Origin: a virus
Taxonomy: Duplodnaviria; Caudoviricetes
DNA: 64,000 nucleotides
Direction: 5' to 3' (one strand)
IMG/VR virus record: IMGVR_UViG_3300033069_001193
Coordinates: 1-64,000 of that record
Positions 9,096 through 18,225 of this stretch are shown here, piece after piece. The notes under the pieces were generated by a model that saw only the letters and a program-made list of their open reading frames with translations, did no database searches and was not told where the DNA came from. The first letter of the stretch is position 1; each line of letters starts with the position of its first letter. A program made the position numbers and the translations under genes.

Positions 9096-9383
9096 TTAGT
9101 CGAGTTGATATTCTTCCTCGAAATCCTCGGCGCTGACTAGGAACGTCTCACCTTCCGGAGCCCTCAAAATGACGTCATGCGGGCCGACTGAGTTCACGGT
9201 GTAGCGCAGGCCGCTCTTCTTGTGGCGGACCTTGAGCTCCGGGGCAACGACAGGCTCCTCTGGACCCTTCTTGTCGACCTTGGCGTTCATCACCATGTCG
9301 ATCTGTTCGGACAGGGCACGGACTCCGGCCGCCCACTCTTCTCGCATCATCCTGACGATGTCTTCGTCACGCAGTGCCTTCAT
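9096..9383 (-). CDS. Hypothetical protein with shared N-terminal motif
   Basis: MKALRDEDIVRMMREEW; TAGTTAC 4 nt upstream of ATG. Confidence 0.6.
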   Translation of the reverse strand: MKALRDEDIVRMMREEWAAGVRALSEQIDMVMNAKVDKKGPEEPVVAPELKVRHKKSGLRYTVNSVGPHDVILRAPEGETFLVSAEDFEEEYQLD

Positions 9384-9391
9384 GCGGGTAA

Positions 9392-9841
9392 CTATACCCC
9401 GCGACAAGCATGCGCGATGGCTTCCTGCAGCGTGAACACCTCGACGCCCGCTGAACACAGCAGTTCGAGCCCGGCCGGGTCACGATACGGCACATCGTAA
9501 ACGACTCTAAAGATAGAGGCGTTAACGATCAACTTTGCACACTCTCGACAAGGTGAGTGCGTCACGTACACGTATTTCCGTTTATGAAAATTGAAGTCGC
9601 ATTTGATTAAAGCGTTCACTTCCGCGTGGATCGTTCCTGACTTGCCTCGTTCAAGCGACTCAACAACGTTAGGCCCACCCCTCCACATTCCGTTGTACCC
9701 GATGCTAAGAACGCTAGTGTTGTCTTCTGCTACGATGACAGCCCCAACCTTGAGCGCAGGATCGACAGAGTGTTCAGCCACGCTTTTCGCAAAGTTCATC
9801 CACGTCCTCGGCCAAGGGGGCCGCACGACTTCTTCATTCAT
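9392..9841 (-). CDS. dCMP deaminase
   Basis: KVGAVI, SIGYNG, IHAEVNAL, THSPCRECAKLI zinc-deaminase motifs. Confidence 0.9.
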   Translation of the reverse strand: MNEEVVRPPWPRTWMNFAKSVAEHSVDPALKVGAVIVAEDNTSVLSIGYNGMWRGGPNVVESLERGKSGTIHAEVNALIKCDFNFHKRKYVYVTHSPCRECAKLIVNASIFRVVYDVPYRDPAGLELLCSAGVEVFTLQEAIAHACRGV

Positions 9842-11001
9842 GCTCTCTCCAGAAGTTCACAGAACAATTCCCGTTCTCGCCGTTCCATTTCCACCCCAAG
9901 GGCCCTTCCCGAATATCCCTGGGCCAACAGGAGGTCACCAGACACCGGCGTGGTGCTCAGGTAGCGACTGAAGGCCTTGAACGACCGCCGGTCAGGCAGC
10001 CCACGCTGGATGAAGTAGTTGGCCAGTCGTTCAGTGCCGACGTGCCCCTTCTGAAAGCTGCGGCGCAAGGCGAGAGCAGTGTCCTGACCAAGGTCACGGA
10101 AACGCAGCAGGAAGGTGATGACGTCGACTTCCTCGACCGAGTACTTCAGCTCCTTCAGGCGCTTCCCAACCGCCGGGACCTCGGCGGTCCCGTACCGGTC
10201 GAGCAGCAGGGTGATGGCCATCAGCGGGTCGTTGGTGTCGATCCCACGGGACGAGACCAAGGCATCCAAGTTGATAGACGTGTTGAGCCCACTGAGCACC
10301 TGTCCCAACAGGCGCAGTTGGTCCAACATCCGCATCAACCGAGGCACGCTCTGGGCACAAGCGATGGCCTTGGTGAACTCGTCCTGACGACGCTCAGGAG
10401 AGACGTCGGCCATCATCGGGTCCTGTCTGATGGCACTCGCCGTCTCGTGATCCAGATCGTAGCCCAGTCGAGAGGCAAAGCGCACCGCACGCAACTTTCG
10501 CAGCGGGTCTTCCGCAAAGCGTGCCTTCGGATCACCCACCGTTCGAACGATGCCAGCCTTCAGGTCAGCCAGGCCGCCCACCAGGTCGACGATCTCACCT
10601 CGCTCAATGTCGTAGAAGAGGGCGTTGATGGTCAGGTCACGGCGTTGGACGTCTTCCTTGATGGTGGCGAACCGGACAACCGGGTGCCGACCGGCACTCA
10701 GGTCCTCACGAAAGGTCGCGATCTCCACCTGCTCGATGGACGAAGGCACGACGACTGCGACGATGCCGAAGGCCATGCCCACCTCCAGCAGCTGGTAGCC
10801 TCGAGGGATCAGCATCTCCTTGACCCTTGCCGGCGTGGCATCAGTGGCCACGTCGAAGTCCTTCGGAGGCAGCCCCAGGACGGTGTCCCGCACCGCGCCG
10901 CCGACCAGGTACAGGACGTGACCTCCTTCTCTGAAGATCGATGCGAGCTCGATCAGCTCAGGCGGAACAGCGATGCTGCGCTTGACTCGTACCTCTTCCA
11001 T
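9838..11001 (-). CDS. CCA-adding enzyme / poly(A) polymerase family tRNA nucleotidyltransferase
   Basis: YLVGGAVRD, PKDFDVAT, EIATFR, DVQRRDLTINAL, FAEDPLRKLRAVRF. Confidence 0.92.
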   Translation of the reverse strand: MEEVRVKRSIAVPPELIELASIFREGGHVLYLVGGAVRDTVLGLPPKDFDVATDATPARVKEMLIPRGYQLLEVGMAFGIVAVVVPSSIEQVEIATFREDLSAGRHPVVRFATIKEDVQRRDLTINALFYDIERGEIVDLVGGLADLKAGIVRTVGDPKARFAEDPLRKLRAVRFASRLGYDLDHETASAIRQDPMMADVSPERRQDEFTKAIACAQSVPRLMRMLDQLRLLGQVLSGLNTSINLDALVSSRGIDTNDPLMAITLLLDRYGTAEVPAVGKRLKELKYSVEEVDVITFLLRFRDLGQDTALALRRSFQKGHVGTERLANYFIQRGLPDRRSFKAFSRYLSTTPVSGDLLLAQGYSGRALGVEMERRERELFCELLERA

Positions 11002-11007
11002 GCACCC

Positions 11008-11016
11008 ATCTTACCA
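11008..11016 (-). promoter_or_regulatory. Extended -10 sigma70-type promoter for leaderless CCA-enzyme mRNA
   Basis: TGG-TAAGAT 6 nt upstream of ATG 11001, no Shine-Dalgarno. Confidence 0.5.
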
Positions 11017-11033
11017 CAGGATGCCCCCGAGGT

Positions 11034-11609
11034 TCACTTGACGATGTCTGGGCGACTGTCGATGGCCACGTGATGCCGGAAGCACCGAGGTTCATAGAGC
11101 TCGGCGCCTCCTACTTCGATCTCATCACCCGTCGTCTGCTTCTTGTGGGTGTAGAAGGCATCAGCACCGCATTGGGTGCAGACGGCTGAACACTTTTCGA
11201 TCCGAGTCGCCCAAGGAAGCAGTTTGGCGACCTCATAGAATGGCTTGCCAGCGTACGACATGTCAAGGGTTGACACGACGACTGAAATGCCGCTGCGATA
11301 CAACCAGACGACGACGTCTGCGATGCCGGACAACATGAAGGCCTCGTCAATGAAGACAACGTCAGGCATTTCCTCGAGCTCGGCCAACGCGCTGAGGACG
11401 TCAGCTCCGGCCTTAACAGTCACTGCTGGATGACGCCAACCGCCGTGAGAGACGATGTCTTCGCTGCTGTAGCGGTCATCGATTGTTGGCTTGAAGACAG
11501 CACAACGCTTGTGTTGGAGGGTGAAACGCTCCAGGTCTGATAGAAGTCGTGTGGTTTTGGAGCTGAACATTGGGCCCACATAAACCGTCAGTGTCGGGTT
11601 CGGTGTCAT
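11034..11609 (-). CDS. tdk: Thymidine kinase (type II)
   Basis: GPMFSSKTT, VFIDEAFM, C..C zinc site, EVGGAELYEPRCFRH. Confidence 0.92.
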   Translation of the reverse strand: MTPNPTLTVYVGPMFSSKTTRLLSDLERFTLQHKRCAVFKPTIDDRYSSEDIVSHGGWRHPAVTVKAGADVLSALAELEEMPDVVFIDEAFMLSGIADVVVWLYRSGISVVVSTLDMSYAGKPFYEVAKLLPWATRIEKCSAVCTQCGADAFYTHKKQTTGDEIEVGGAELYEPRCFRHHVAIDSRPDIVK

Positions 11610-12175
11610 TCCTTCTCGGGCTCCAGCTTGATGATGTGAAAAGGCCTTCGAACCTGGCCGCTGTACGCTTCTGCGGCCTCGAGTGCCATGATGATGCGTT
11701 GTTCGGGAGTCAGGCCCGAGACTTTTGCAGTCGAGTGCATTGATCCCATCGCCAGGTCGCTTCCGGAACCGACTGAGGCCCATGCGTCCACGGAGCGGTA
11801 GACCTGAAAGTTCTCTTCGACCGTGTACAGGGCGCCCCTGTAGCCGACCAGAAGCTGCACTTCCTGAGTCTCTAGCGACTCCGACACCTTGATGGCGCCT
11901 TTCTTCTTCTGCAGCGACCGGATTGACCCCATCAGGTGGGTGACCAGGTACTCCATGTCGTCAAGCAACTCGGGGTCGTGGTCAGGCACGTTGAGGACGT
12001 ACTGCAACAGTTGTTGCACGCGGAGGTCGTTACAACAGCCGAATGCCACTCTGCTCTTCAGAAAGAGCTTAGGCTGTCGCAACGACCGCAGCGACCCAAG
12101 GTTAGGATCGGACAAGGCGCTATCACCACCCAAATAGACGGCACCCTCGTGTTCAACACCTACGATACAGGTCAT
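11606..12175 (-). CDS. HslV-like N-terminal-threonine (Ntn) peptidase, copy 1
   Basis: MTCIVG...LGGDS; KLF; VGSGSDLAMGSM; ALEAA. Confidence 0.75.
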   Translation of the reverse strand: MTCIVGVEHEGAVYLGGDSALSDPNLGSLRSLRQPKLFLKSRVAFGCCNDLRVQQLLQYVLNVPDHDPELLDDMEYLVTHLMGSIRSLQKKKGAIKVSESLETQEVQLLVGYRGALYTVEENFQVYRSVDAWASVGSGSDLAMGSMHSTAKVSGLTPEQRIIMALEAAEAYSGQVRRPFHIIKLEPEKE

Positions 12176-12185
12176 GAAACGTCCT

Positions 12186-12752
12186 TCAGCGGGACTTGAG
12201 GACCACCACGTCGAAAGGAGGGGCGACTCCCGCATTGGCCTCGGCAGCGGCCTCGAGGGCAGCGATGACCCGCTTCCGCGGGCTCTCCACGCGCCAGGTC
12301 TCCGCCAGTGATCCTAGGGCATAGGGGGCGCCCGATCCGGTGGCATCGTAGTCCTTGTCGGTAGAGAGCAATTGAAAGTTGCTCTGCAACTTGTAGAGCT
12401 CACCACGATAGGCTAGCAGCATCTCGCCGTCAAAGACGACGCCAGAATCACCGCCGAACGGGCTGCTGTCCTTGCCCGCAGCATCGAGGTCAACCAGCCC
12501 CTTACGGATCGCCGGGACCAAGGTACTGACCAGGAACGACCTGTCAGAACCGCTCTTCTGGAGAGGCAACTCCATGCCATGGGCCAGGGCATCCATCACC
12601 TTGATGGATCCGCAGACACCAAAGCCCACCTCGCCCTTCAGAAAGACCTTGGAGTCCTTGATGATCGTCCGCTCGAGGTGACTGTTTGTCGCCGCACGAT
12701 CACCGCCCAACCAGATCGTCCCACCCTTCTTCACAGCCACAATGCAAGTCAT
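12186..12752 (-). CDS. HslV-like N-terminal-threonine (Ntn) peptidase, copy 2
   Basis: MTCIVA...LGGDR; KVF; ATGSGAPYALGSL; ALEAA; upstream TATACT and GGAGG. Confidence 0.75.
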   Translation of the reverse strand: MTCIVAVKKGGTIWLGGDRAATNSHLERTIIKDSKVFLKGEVGFGVCGSIKVMDALAHGMELPLQKSGSDRSFLVSTLVPAIRKGLVDLDAAGKDSSPFGGDSGVVFDGEMLLAYRGELYKLQSNFQLLSTDKDYDATGSGAPYALGSLAETWRVESPRKRVIAALEAAAEANAGVAPPFDVVVLKSR

Positions 12753-12797
12753 GTCATGCCTCCGTGTTCTGACAGTATAGTGAAGCCCAAATAGAGT

Positions 12798-13484
12798 TCA
12801 ATTGATTCTGCTCTTGCAAGAATCGTCCTTCACGAGATGCCAATGCCGTTCGTACACGTGAAGCGAACCAGCGTGCCAGATCATTTGGCCAACAGGCACG
12901 CCCAAGTCGAAGGCCAACCTCTTATGAACGTGATCCTGCCAAACCTTGTCATTTTTGTAGCCGAAGACGACGTCATTCGATCGCATTCGCACGTCAGCGA
13001 TGAGTTGACCGCTCCGGATGAAGTACTGGACCGAATCCGTACAGATGAAATCACTCATGCCATCGCGGTTGTACTCATTCCAAATGGAGGGACGAGTGTA
13101 GATCATCTCGGCACGACGACTTTCCGGTGATCGTCGCAATTCAGCGAGGACATGATCGTACTGGTTGTGATTTTCGTCGCTCCAGATCAAGAAGCCGTAG
13201 TTGGAATTGACGTGACCGTCTGCGGACGCGCATGCCTTCCAGGTGGTCGGCGCGCCGCCTGGGATATCGTTCACGTTGCATGACATTGACTCGTACCACG
13301 CAATTTCACGTGCGACGTAGTCGTTGTTGACAGTGCCGAAAATTGCAGGTTCGTCAGCGATGAACGTGGCGCCAACAACTTCGAGCATCTTGCAGCCCGT
13401 CTTGTCGACCACACACTCTTGTTCGATCTTGAGGTCGCAAAACCACCTACGCACGTCATCTACGGTGTGCTTGATGTGAATCAT
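12798..13484 (-). CDS. dCMP hydroxymethylase-like enzyme (T4 gp42 type, thymidylate synthase superfamily)
   Basis: NSNYG; YNRDGMSDFICTDSVQYFIR; MRSNDVVFGYKND (Asp at the position that is Asn177 in ThyA); GSLHVYERH. Confidence 0.85.
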   Translation of the reverse strand: MIHIKHTVDDVRRWFCDLKIEQECVVDKTGCKMLEVVGATFIADEPAIFGTVNNDYVAREIAWYESMSCNVNDIPGGAPTTWKACASADGHVNSNYGFLIWSDENHNQYDHVLAELRRSPESRRAEMIYTRPSIWNEYNRDGMSDFICTDSVQYFIRSGQLIADVRMRSNDVVFGYKNDKVWQDHVHKRLAFDLGVPVGQMIWHAGSLHVYERHWHLVKDDSCKSRIN

Positions 13485-13530
13485 TGCAAGACATGGTACA
13501 CCGACCCAAGCCCATCTACAGGCCTACGGT

Positions 13531-14226
13531 TCAACTTGTCCAGATCTTCGTCTCGAAGTAGCTCTGGGCCGCAGATCGAAGGATGTCTTCAACTTCCTTA
13601 CGATTGTGACCTGCTTTCGTCAAAACACGCAAAGCGTCCTCATGACGCTTCTCAAGTGGGCCTGTTTCGACATGCGCCCCTTTGTACGCCTTGTCGAGGT
13701 AGGGCGCATTTTCGTCTGACATCAACTCACAATCGTCGATCTTGGGAGGCGTCTTGGGATTGTTCTTGTCATCGAATTTTCGAGAAATGACATCGTTCCG
13801 CTGCGTGTCATAAACGTTCCACACCTTACGGGCTGCATCTGAGGTCTTGACGCGGTCAGACATGATGCCATGAGGTGACAGCGACATCAGGATGTCGTAC
13901 ATCAACGGCCCATATCCCTTCAACGAGGCAGACGATTGGATCTCGTTGGCCTTGAGGCAATCGCTATCGTGTTGCACGTATCTGACATAGCCGACAATGA
14001 TCCCGTCCTTGATCAGGTCCTGAACGCCGACGTCGAAGCCTTCCTCGCTCTTGGAGGCCTGCAGCAGGAGCTTAGGATCGTACAGCACGAGGGCCTGTCC
14101 TTCGTACGCCTGCGTCTTCAACAGGGCATAACCATTCTTGGTGGCGTCTTGACTGGAAGCTGCCGCTTCCACGATCAAACGAACGTACTCTCGTAGCAGA
14201 GCACCGGGCGTCAGATGATGTTTCAT
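13531..14226 (-). CDS. Hypothetical protein, possible GNAT-like fold; tandem paralog 1
   Basis: LLREYVRLIVEAA; KGYGPLMYDILMS..MSDR..S..A.KVW..YD.QR; DDKNNPKTP. Confidence 0.65.
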   Translation of the reverse strand: MKHHLTPGALLREYVRLIVEAAASSQDATKNGYALLKTQAYEGQALVLYDPKLLLQASKSEEGFDVGVQDLIKDGIIVGYVRYVQHDSDCLKANEIQSSASLKGYGPLMYDILMSLSPHGIMSDRVKTSDAARKVWNVYDTQRNDVISRKFDDKNNPKTPPKIDDCELMSDENAPYLDKAYKGAHVETGPLEKRHEDALRVLTKAGHNRKEVEDILRSAAQSYFETKIWTS

Positions 14227-14236
14227 TGTGTAACAG

Positions 14237-14899
14237 TCAACCTGCTGACTGCTCGTCAAAGAACACGTCTGCAGCCTGTAACAAGGCCTTGACGAACTCT
14301 TGTGGGCTGTCGAGCCCCTTGACGAAGGTCTCGCTGTTTGCCATCAACTGAGATGCGTCCACGTGCGCACCCGTGTAAACCTTATTGACGGAGTCACCAC
14401 CGTACTGCTCGGGATCCCAGACCCTGCCATCGTCCTTCGGATCAGGCGTCTTCGGATTGTCGATGTCATCGATGGGCAACTTCTTGACATCAGACCGCTG
14501 CTTGTCGTAGTGCTTCCAGACGCCTGCAGCCTTGGGCGACAGGCTCGACCGATCAGGCATCAAGGGCGCGTCAGATTTTGACATGGCGATGTCATACATC
14601 ATGGGACCGTAGCCCTTGACGGCTGCTGAGGCGACAACCTCGGCGGCACCCCAGCTGGAGTCGTGATCCCCAGGGACCACCTTGATGTAGCCCTTGATGC
14701 CACCTGTGGCACTTGAGACGTTATAGATGCCGTCCTCTTCCAGAAACTCCTTGTAGAAGTTGGGATCGTACAGCACGAGGGCCTTGCCATGGGCAAGCAG
14801 ACCGAGGTGCTCATGAGCAGCCTGTTGGGTGGTCACAGCAGCCTCCACGACTAGGGAGACGTACTCTCGAAGCAAACGTCGAGCAGAAAAGCGGGACAT
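14237..14899 (-). CDS. Hypothetical protein, possible GNAT-like fold; tandem paralog 2
   Basis: LLREYVSLVVEAA; KGYGPMMYDIAMS..MPDR..S..A.GVW..YD.QR; DDIDNPKTP. Confidence 0.65.
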   Translation of the reverse strand: MSRFSARRLLREYVSLVVEAAVTTQQAAHEHLGLLAHGKALVLYDPNFYKEFLEEDGIYNVSSATGGIKGYIKVVPGDHDSSWGAAEVVASAAVKGYGPMMYDIAMSKSDAPLMPDRSSLSPKAAGVWKHYDKQRSDVKKLPIDDIDNPKTPDPKDDGRVWDPEQYGGDSVNKVYTGAHVDASQLMANSETFVKGLDSPQEFVKALLQAADVFFDEQSAG

Positions 14900-14903
14900 G
14901 TTG

Positions 14904-15095
14904 CTACGTATTGGGCAAGCTAATCACCAACGCCATTACCTTGCAACCACAGCGTGCACACGGCCTGTCACCGTGATCGAAGTGATTGTTGGGGCGATGA
15001 CCGCACTCGCAGATGACGATGTCGATCGCACACGCCTGAGCCATCGTCATCTCAACGACCAAAACGTCACCGCGCTTTTCGAGTGGTTTCTGCAT
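14904..15095 (-). CDS. Small Cys/His-rich hypothetical protein
   Basis: CECGH..NH..PCARCGC. Confidence 0.55.
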   Translation of the reverse strand: MQKPLEKRGDVLVVEMTMAQACAIDIVICECGHRPNNHFDHGDRPCARCGCKVMALVISLPNT

Positions 15096-15109
15096 GCGTC
15101 CTCCTTGGC

Positions 15110-16093
15110 CTACGTATGAAGCTTCATGTCCTTGATCGAGTCCCAGTTACGCTCGTACCACTGAATAGTCCGGTCGAGGCCTTCCCAGAACCTGACCTTG
15201 GGCTCGTAACCCAATTCGTCTCGGATCCTACTAGTGTCGGCCTGAGTGTGCATCACGTCGCCAGGGCGCCATGGGGCGGTCTGGATCTGGGCCTGCGGGT
15301 ACCGCTTCATCAGGGCCGCTGAGATCTCGAAGTTGGCAGTCCTGTCGCCGCAGGCGACATTGTACGGTCGACCGAAAAATCGCATGTTGGAGTCTGCCTT
15401 CGCTGCCAACACGCAGGCCTCAGTGACGTTGTCGACGTAACACATGTCCCGAGTCTGTGTGCCGTCACCGTCACTGCGCATCGGACGACCACGCTTGATG
15501 GCATCGAGCCAGGCCGAAACTGCCGTCGCGTACGGACTGTCGCCTAGTTGGTTGGGACCGAAGACGTTGAAGAAACGCAAGCAGATCGAGTCAAGGCCGT
15601 ACAGGTCACCGTACAAGGCCAGATAGTCCTCGATGATCGACTTCTGCAAGGCATAAGGCGATCGCGGGTTCTTTTCACATGACTCATGCGTGGGAAGGTT
15701 CACTGCACTCGCCCCTCCGTAGACCGAAGAGCTCGACGCGAAGACGATTCGCTTGACGTTGCGGCGCGCCGCGTTCATCATCTCCAACGTCCGAGTGACG
15801 TTGACGTCATGGGTCTGCAACGGGTGCTCGACCGAGTAGGAGACCCGAGGCACTGCGGCCAGGTGAAAGACGATGTCGAACCATTGCGACTCGATTAGTC
15901 GTAGGACATCAGGTGATGCAAAATCACTGTGAATGAACTCACGGTACGTCCGTTTGACAGGCAGGAATCTCCAATGCCCATTGCTCATGTCATCGACGCC
16001 GGTGACCGCCCACCCCTCGTCAATGCACCTTTGCATCAGGTTGGATCCGATGAAGCCGGCTGCACCTGTGATCAAAACTCGCATGTCGACCAT
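15110..16093 (-). CDS. NAD-dependent NDP-sugar epimerase/dehydratase (extended SDR)
   Basis: LITGAAGFIGS, HLAA, ASSSSVYG, SPYALQK (YxxxK), LRFFNVFGP, RDMCYVDN, RPGDVMH. Confidence 0.92.
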   Translation of the reverse strand: MVDMRVLITGAAGFIGSNLMQRCIDEGWAVTGVDDMSNGHWRFLPVKRTYREFIHSDFASPDVLRLIESQWFDIVFHLAAVPRVSYSVEHPLQTHDVNVTRTLEMMNAARRNVKRIVFASSSSVYGGASAVNLPTHESCEKNPRSPYALQKSIIEDYLALYGDLYGLDSICLRFFNVFGPNQLGDSPYATAVSAWLDAIKRGRPMRSDGDGTQTRDMCYVDNVTEACVLAAKADSNMRFFGRPYNVACGDRTANFEISAALMKRYPQAQIQTAPWRPGDVMHTQADTSRIRDELGYEPKVRFWEGLDRTIQWYERNWDSIKDMKLHT

Positions 16094-16117
16094 TGTAGGT
16101 CGTGCGACGGCAGAAGT

Positions 16118-17422
16118 TCAGTGAAGTAGACCCATCTCGAACATTGCGGCTTCCGTCGTCGCCTCATAGGAACATCGACGTTGGACGACCTCACGCAGGT
16201 CCTGTTGGGCATTGTCGAAGTTGCTGGGGTGGACTGGTGCCTTGCCTGCCTGCAGATCAAAGAGACCGAACAGTTTGTCACCGAGGTCAGAGAAGTCTGG
16301 CTTTGCCAGCACCAGATCGGCTGCTCCGGCCTCTCGTGCCAGGCTCGAATATTCGTTGAGGTCGAGCCACAGTGGCATACACCCCAGCTCGATGCATTCC
16401 CGAGCCGCCGTCCCACCGTAGGCGTCCTTGTCGTACAGGCCCACCGCCACGTCGCTGTGGCGCGCCACGAACTTGAACTCGTCGCGGTTGAAGGAGTCCG
16501 GGACCAGCGACACGTAACCGTGTGGGCCGCAGCGCTCTTGCAGCTCGGCGTTGGAGAACTTCTGGTTCGGGTTGCCGCACACCACCACGAAGTCCTGCCG
16601 GCGCTTACGCAGCTCGGGCAGGATGTCGAACATGAACTTCATGCCGTTGGTGTAGTCGCCCGACGACGGACTGATGCGGTTCGGAAAGAAGACGACGTGC
16701 TTGCCGTGGGTCAGCTCCTGCCACTGTTCCACCGAGAATCGAACCTTGTTCATGTCGATAGGCGAGGTGATCTCGGCCTGCGAGTAGCCGTCGTCCCAAG
16801 GCATCGACCGATGGGCCACGTCATCGACCACATCATCACGGAACCACTTGCACATCGAGCTCAGGAACTCCGTCAGAGCACTGCCACACTGCCAGAAATT
16901 GAAGTCAGCCTTGACAGCCGCTTCACACTGGCCCAACCATAGGCTGGCCTCCGTCGGGAACTTAGGGCACTCAGGCACGTCGACGAAGTGAGAGTGGACG
17001 TAAAAGCGTGGCCGGTAGCCTGCCTTCAACAGGAACATGGCTTTGAAGGCCCTCAGGTGCATCGGATCGTTGATAAGTACGGAATGGTACTGAGGCGACC
17101 CTTGCGAGCACACCAACCGGGCCAATCCGTCAAAATCAAAGTCATACCGAGTCACCAACGCATTAGGAATGATCTTATGCTCGAGGTACCGGACGCGGCC
17201 AGTCTCGAACAATTCAGGTTGGAAGTCCTCTGGCTGCGTCTTGAGTTGTTGCCTCAAAGGACCGATCACATCGATGTGAAGATCGGGAGACAGGCGAAGC
17301 ATCTCTCTGATCCGACCCGTGCACATCATCCAACCTGAGTCGCATTCGATGATGAACGTTCCCTTAGAATCATAGTTCGAAAGTTGCGTAGTCACGAGGA
17401 GATGACGTTCCATGTTCATCAA
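16118..17422 (-). CDS. Putative GT-B glycosyltransferase
   Basis: 434 aa two-domain layout; VFFPNRIS, C-terminal DVAVGLY..DAYGGTAARECIELGCMPL resembling the GT-B E-x7-E region; co-transcribed with the epimerase. Confidence 0.65.
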   Translation of the reverse strand: MMNMERHLLVTTQLSNYDSKGTFIIECDSGWMMCTGRIREMLRLSPDLHIDVIGPLRQQLKTQPEDFQPELFETGRVRYLEHKIIPNALVTRYDFDFDGLARLVCSQGSPQYHSVLINDPMHLRAFKAMFLLKAGYRPRFYVHSHFVDVPECPKFPTEASLWLGQCEAAVKADFNFWQCGSALTEFLSSMCKWFRDDVVDDVAHRSMPWDDGYSQAEITSPIDMNKVRFSVEQWQELTHGKHVVFFPNRISPSSGDYTNGMKFMFDILPELRKRRQDFVVVCGNPNQKFSNAELQERCGPHGYVSLVPDSFNRDEFKFVARHSDVAVGLYDKDAYGGTAARECIELGCMPLWLDLNEYSSLAREAGAADLVLAKPDFSDLGDKLFGLFDLQAGKAPVHPSNFDNAQQDLREVVQRRCSYEATTEAAMFEMGLLH

Positions 17423-17467
17423 AACCTACACCACAGTGAGCAAATTTAACAAGCGGCGGCTACACAC

Positions 17468-17932
17468 GTGAAACTAACTGTTCGTATCCTGCGAATGATC
17501 GTTGAGGGTGCGTCAGGTGCTACTACAGCGTATTACACCTCGTCTGAACCCATCTCGTCATTCAAGCCCAATCCGGCATGGTTCTCACCAATGCCAGAAC
17601 TGACAAACGCATACCACACGGTGGTGCAAGACGAGACAGGAAGCGCGTACACCTATGAAGTCAATCTTCAGGGTGTGTTCTTGTCGCGAAGTGAGGTCGC
17701 CAGATTGTGTTCTTTAAATGGTGTCGAGCACAGCGATCTGGAGGCTGAACTTTCTGGGGGTCCAAGCGACGTCATCAAATTGCTATCAGACTATGGTGCT
17801 GGTTTTCTCACGTCAATGTGTGACGGCTTTCACATGAATGACTACGATCCCAGAAATCCGTCCAGAGACGTCGAGTCGATCCTAGTCTTCAATCCCAGCA
17901 GAACAACAATGATCGTTTCGCAGGTATTGTGA
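17468..17932 (+). CDS. Hypothetical protein with shared N-terminal motif
   Basis: MKLTVRILRMIVE; YYTSSEPISSF..PAWFS..YTYEV is weakly reminiscent of ADP-ribosyltransferase-like folds; lower GC. Confidence 0.55.
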   Translation: MKLTVRILRMIVEGASGATTAYYTSSEPISSFKPNPAWFSPMPELTNAYHTVVQDETGSAYTYEVNLQGVFLSRSEVARLCSLNGVEHSDLEAELSGGPSDVIKLLSDYGAGFLTSMCDGFHMNDYDPRNPSRDVESILVFNPSRTTMIVSQVL

Positions 17933-17941
17933 TGAAGTGGC

Positions 17942-18184
17942 TCATGTCAGACGTTGCCAGCGGGCTAGGTTCAAAATCCAGCCAAAGATCAGCACGTTCC
18001 CAGGCATGGGCGCGACGATGAAGTGGTGCGGCAGAGCGGCGGCAATGACAACGGCGTAGCCCCTCTTCAGGCGGGTGCCTTCTGACGAGCCCGGGTACTT
18101 GGTGCTCACGAAGGAACCACGAAAGTGGTCAGACATCAACAGGGTGCCGATCGGCAATGACGTTGCTTCGGTTTCCACGTTCAC
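17942..18184 (-). CDS. Hypothetical protein
   Basis: Fills gap between genes; AAGGTAGG upstream of GTG. Confidence 0.5.
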   Translation of the reverse strand: MNVETEATSLPIGTLLMSDHFRGSFVSTKYPGSSEGTRLKRGYAVVIAAALPHHFIVAPMPGNVLIFGWILNLARWQRLT

Positions 18185-18213
18185 ATCCTACCTTGGTCAA
18201 CCCACGTCTTGCA

Positions 18214-18220
18214 TAGTTAA
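18214..18220 (+). promoter_or_regulatory. TA-N-(T/G)-TA putative late promoter element (example)
   Basis: TAGTTAA 5 nt upstream of ATG 18226; same motif and spacing at >10 other genes. Confidence 0.55.
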
Positions 18221-18225
18221 AGTCC

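Noticed and set aside
12798-13484. Calling this gene thyA
   Set aside because: Asp at the ThyA Asn177 position and gp42-like flanking motifs; ThyX already present.
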